From the NCBI GenBank assembly GCA_002245135.1, contig NGBS01000890.1:110324-130323 (forward strand): a stretch of DNA of 20,000 nucleotides, read 5' to 3'. How positions within the stretch are numbered: the first letter of the stretch is position 1; every line of letters begins with the position of its first letter. Below are positions 18,744-20,000 of this stretch, in pieces. Source of the stretch: Proteromonas lacertae (lineage: Eukaryota). A program made the position numbers and the translations under genes. The notes under the pieces are model-generated. The model had not been told where the DNA came from and made no database searches. It saw nothing but the letters and a program-made list of their open reading frames with translations.

Positions 18744-19958
18744 TTAATGGATTTGGTTAATATAGCAGCATAAATCATTCTATATCAATAATAATAATAA
18801 AATCATACAAATGTAACAATTTTATTAAGTGCAACACATGCATAATGATCAAATATACCTTTTATTTCTAATACTGATTTACCAGAGACAAGATTGATAA
18901 GCTGTTGTCTTTCTTGTATATTTAAATTATTATGAATCATTCCTAAATAATCCTATCAAATATAAATTATTATTACCATAAACCATACACTAATAACAGT
19001 TTGAAGAGTGAATATATCTGGATATCTAGTTATAAATGATTTTGTAGCTGATTTTATTATTTCAGTATTAAAACAATCATAATTTGAAGATATACCAAAG
19101 AATAACATCGTTACATTACCATCAATTGGTTTAAATGATTGAATATAATTTATAATTGTATTATAAACAGGCAAAGTAAGAGGAACTGGATATGTATAAT
19201 CAAAATTGATTAATATTATCCCAATTCTGTTATGAAGTTCAGTTTTACAATCTTCAAACATATATTTAAGTATTCTATTTATATATATAATAAATGATTC
19301 AGTTCATGTTTTACAATCTTCAAACATATATTTAAGTATTCTATTTATATATATAATAAATGATTCATATTATGTATATACTGATAAGTATCATTACCAT
19401 GAAGTTGAGAAATTGAATCTAACTCTAAACCATAGTATTTTGCTTGTAGTTTTGCATAGCACTTTCACTAATAAATGCTTACCTGAATGAATTGGTCCTG
19501 ATATTAAATATTTACCATCGTTTTCAGTAAATGTGTGATTACATATATTATAACATATTTTATCAAATTCAGCTTTTATTTCTTCTAATCCATATATATC
19601 ACTATATCTCAATGGTTTTGGATCTTCCATTTTTAGAAATGATCGAAGTGGTGAAGGATTTGGTGTGTGTATAGGTGAACGATCAATCGCTCTAGTTGTG
19701 TATGTCTGAATAGAACGATATCCTTCACTTTTCAACTTCTCAGCTTTGTTAAACAGTAATCACACAACGATTGAGGATAAGAACGAGCAGTCTCTGGTAG
19801 CTCTATTTAAAAATCACATAGATGTTTAAAATACGTTTACAGTATAATAGATATTGATTAGATGCTTTAACATACAAATCGTAAGCATAATGTGGATTAC
19901 TGTTTGCAACTGAATCAGCTTGCTTCTGTGAATTCTGAGCTTCATTAAAAAGATCCAT
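18744..19958 (-). pseudogene. MIT-domain + degenerate AAA ATPase (Vps4/spastin-like architecture), frameshifted
   Basis: ATG 19958: MDLFNEAQNSQKQAD...AYDLYVKASNQYLLYCK...KAEKLK (MIT-like); LRYSDIYGLEEIK; ISGPIHSGKHLLVK (altered Walker A); IGIILINFD at the Walker B position; stop 18746-18744. Introns 19834-19803, 19381-19341 or -19275, 18976-18953, 18808-18780. Frameshifts near 19745 and 19440. Confidence 0.65.
19236..19367. repeat. Tandem direct duplication, 65/66-nt period
   Basis: 19242-19301 and 19308-19367 are identical 60-mers; both are preceded by AGTTCA, with one extra T (19307) in the second copy. Confidence 0.95.
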
Positions 19959-20000
19959 TTTTCACTAACAAAAGTATTTACAGTAGTTATTACACAACAA

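Noticed and set aside
75..18746. Stop codons created by polyadenylation (known in Blastocystis)
   Set aside because: Every gene model here ends in a genome-encoded stop.
1..20000. Prokaryotic systems (CRISPR array, operon, defence island)
   Set aside because: The DNA is eukaryotic with spliceosomal introns, and no repeat-spacer array is present.

Overview
Very AT-rich, gene-dense eukaryotic DNA with tiny introns (24-52 nt, mostly 28-35 nt). This architecture resembles Blastocystis/Opalinata stramenopiles (inferred, not proven). The ORF track is fragmented by these introns. Manual splicing gives, in order: a secreted DUF4787-like protein (-), exocyst Sec8/EXOC4 (+), two paralogous BTB-BACK/Ig-like/SPRY-like genes (+) separated by a degraded pogo/Tigger DDE transposase and a biotin-carboxylase fragment, the spliceosomal helicase Prp5/DDX46 (-), an intronless FucP-like MFS transporter (+), augmin HAUS2-like (-), TXNDC12/ERp18-like thioredoxin (+), a frameshifted pseudokinase-TPR gene (+) and a frameshifted MIT+degenerate-AAA gene (-). 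Most notable: (1) a 65-nt U12-type AT-AC intron needed to complete the C-terminus of Prp5, a major-spliceosome factor; (2) 31 of 32 inferred GT-AG introns start GTAT, mostly without +5G, and all end TAG, while Prp5 itself has substitutions in several conserved motifs (SAT->SST etc.); (3) six phase-0 introns at the identical position of successive TPR repeats; (4) a tandem duplication that copies a 3' splice site.
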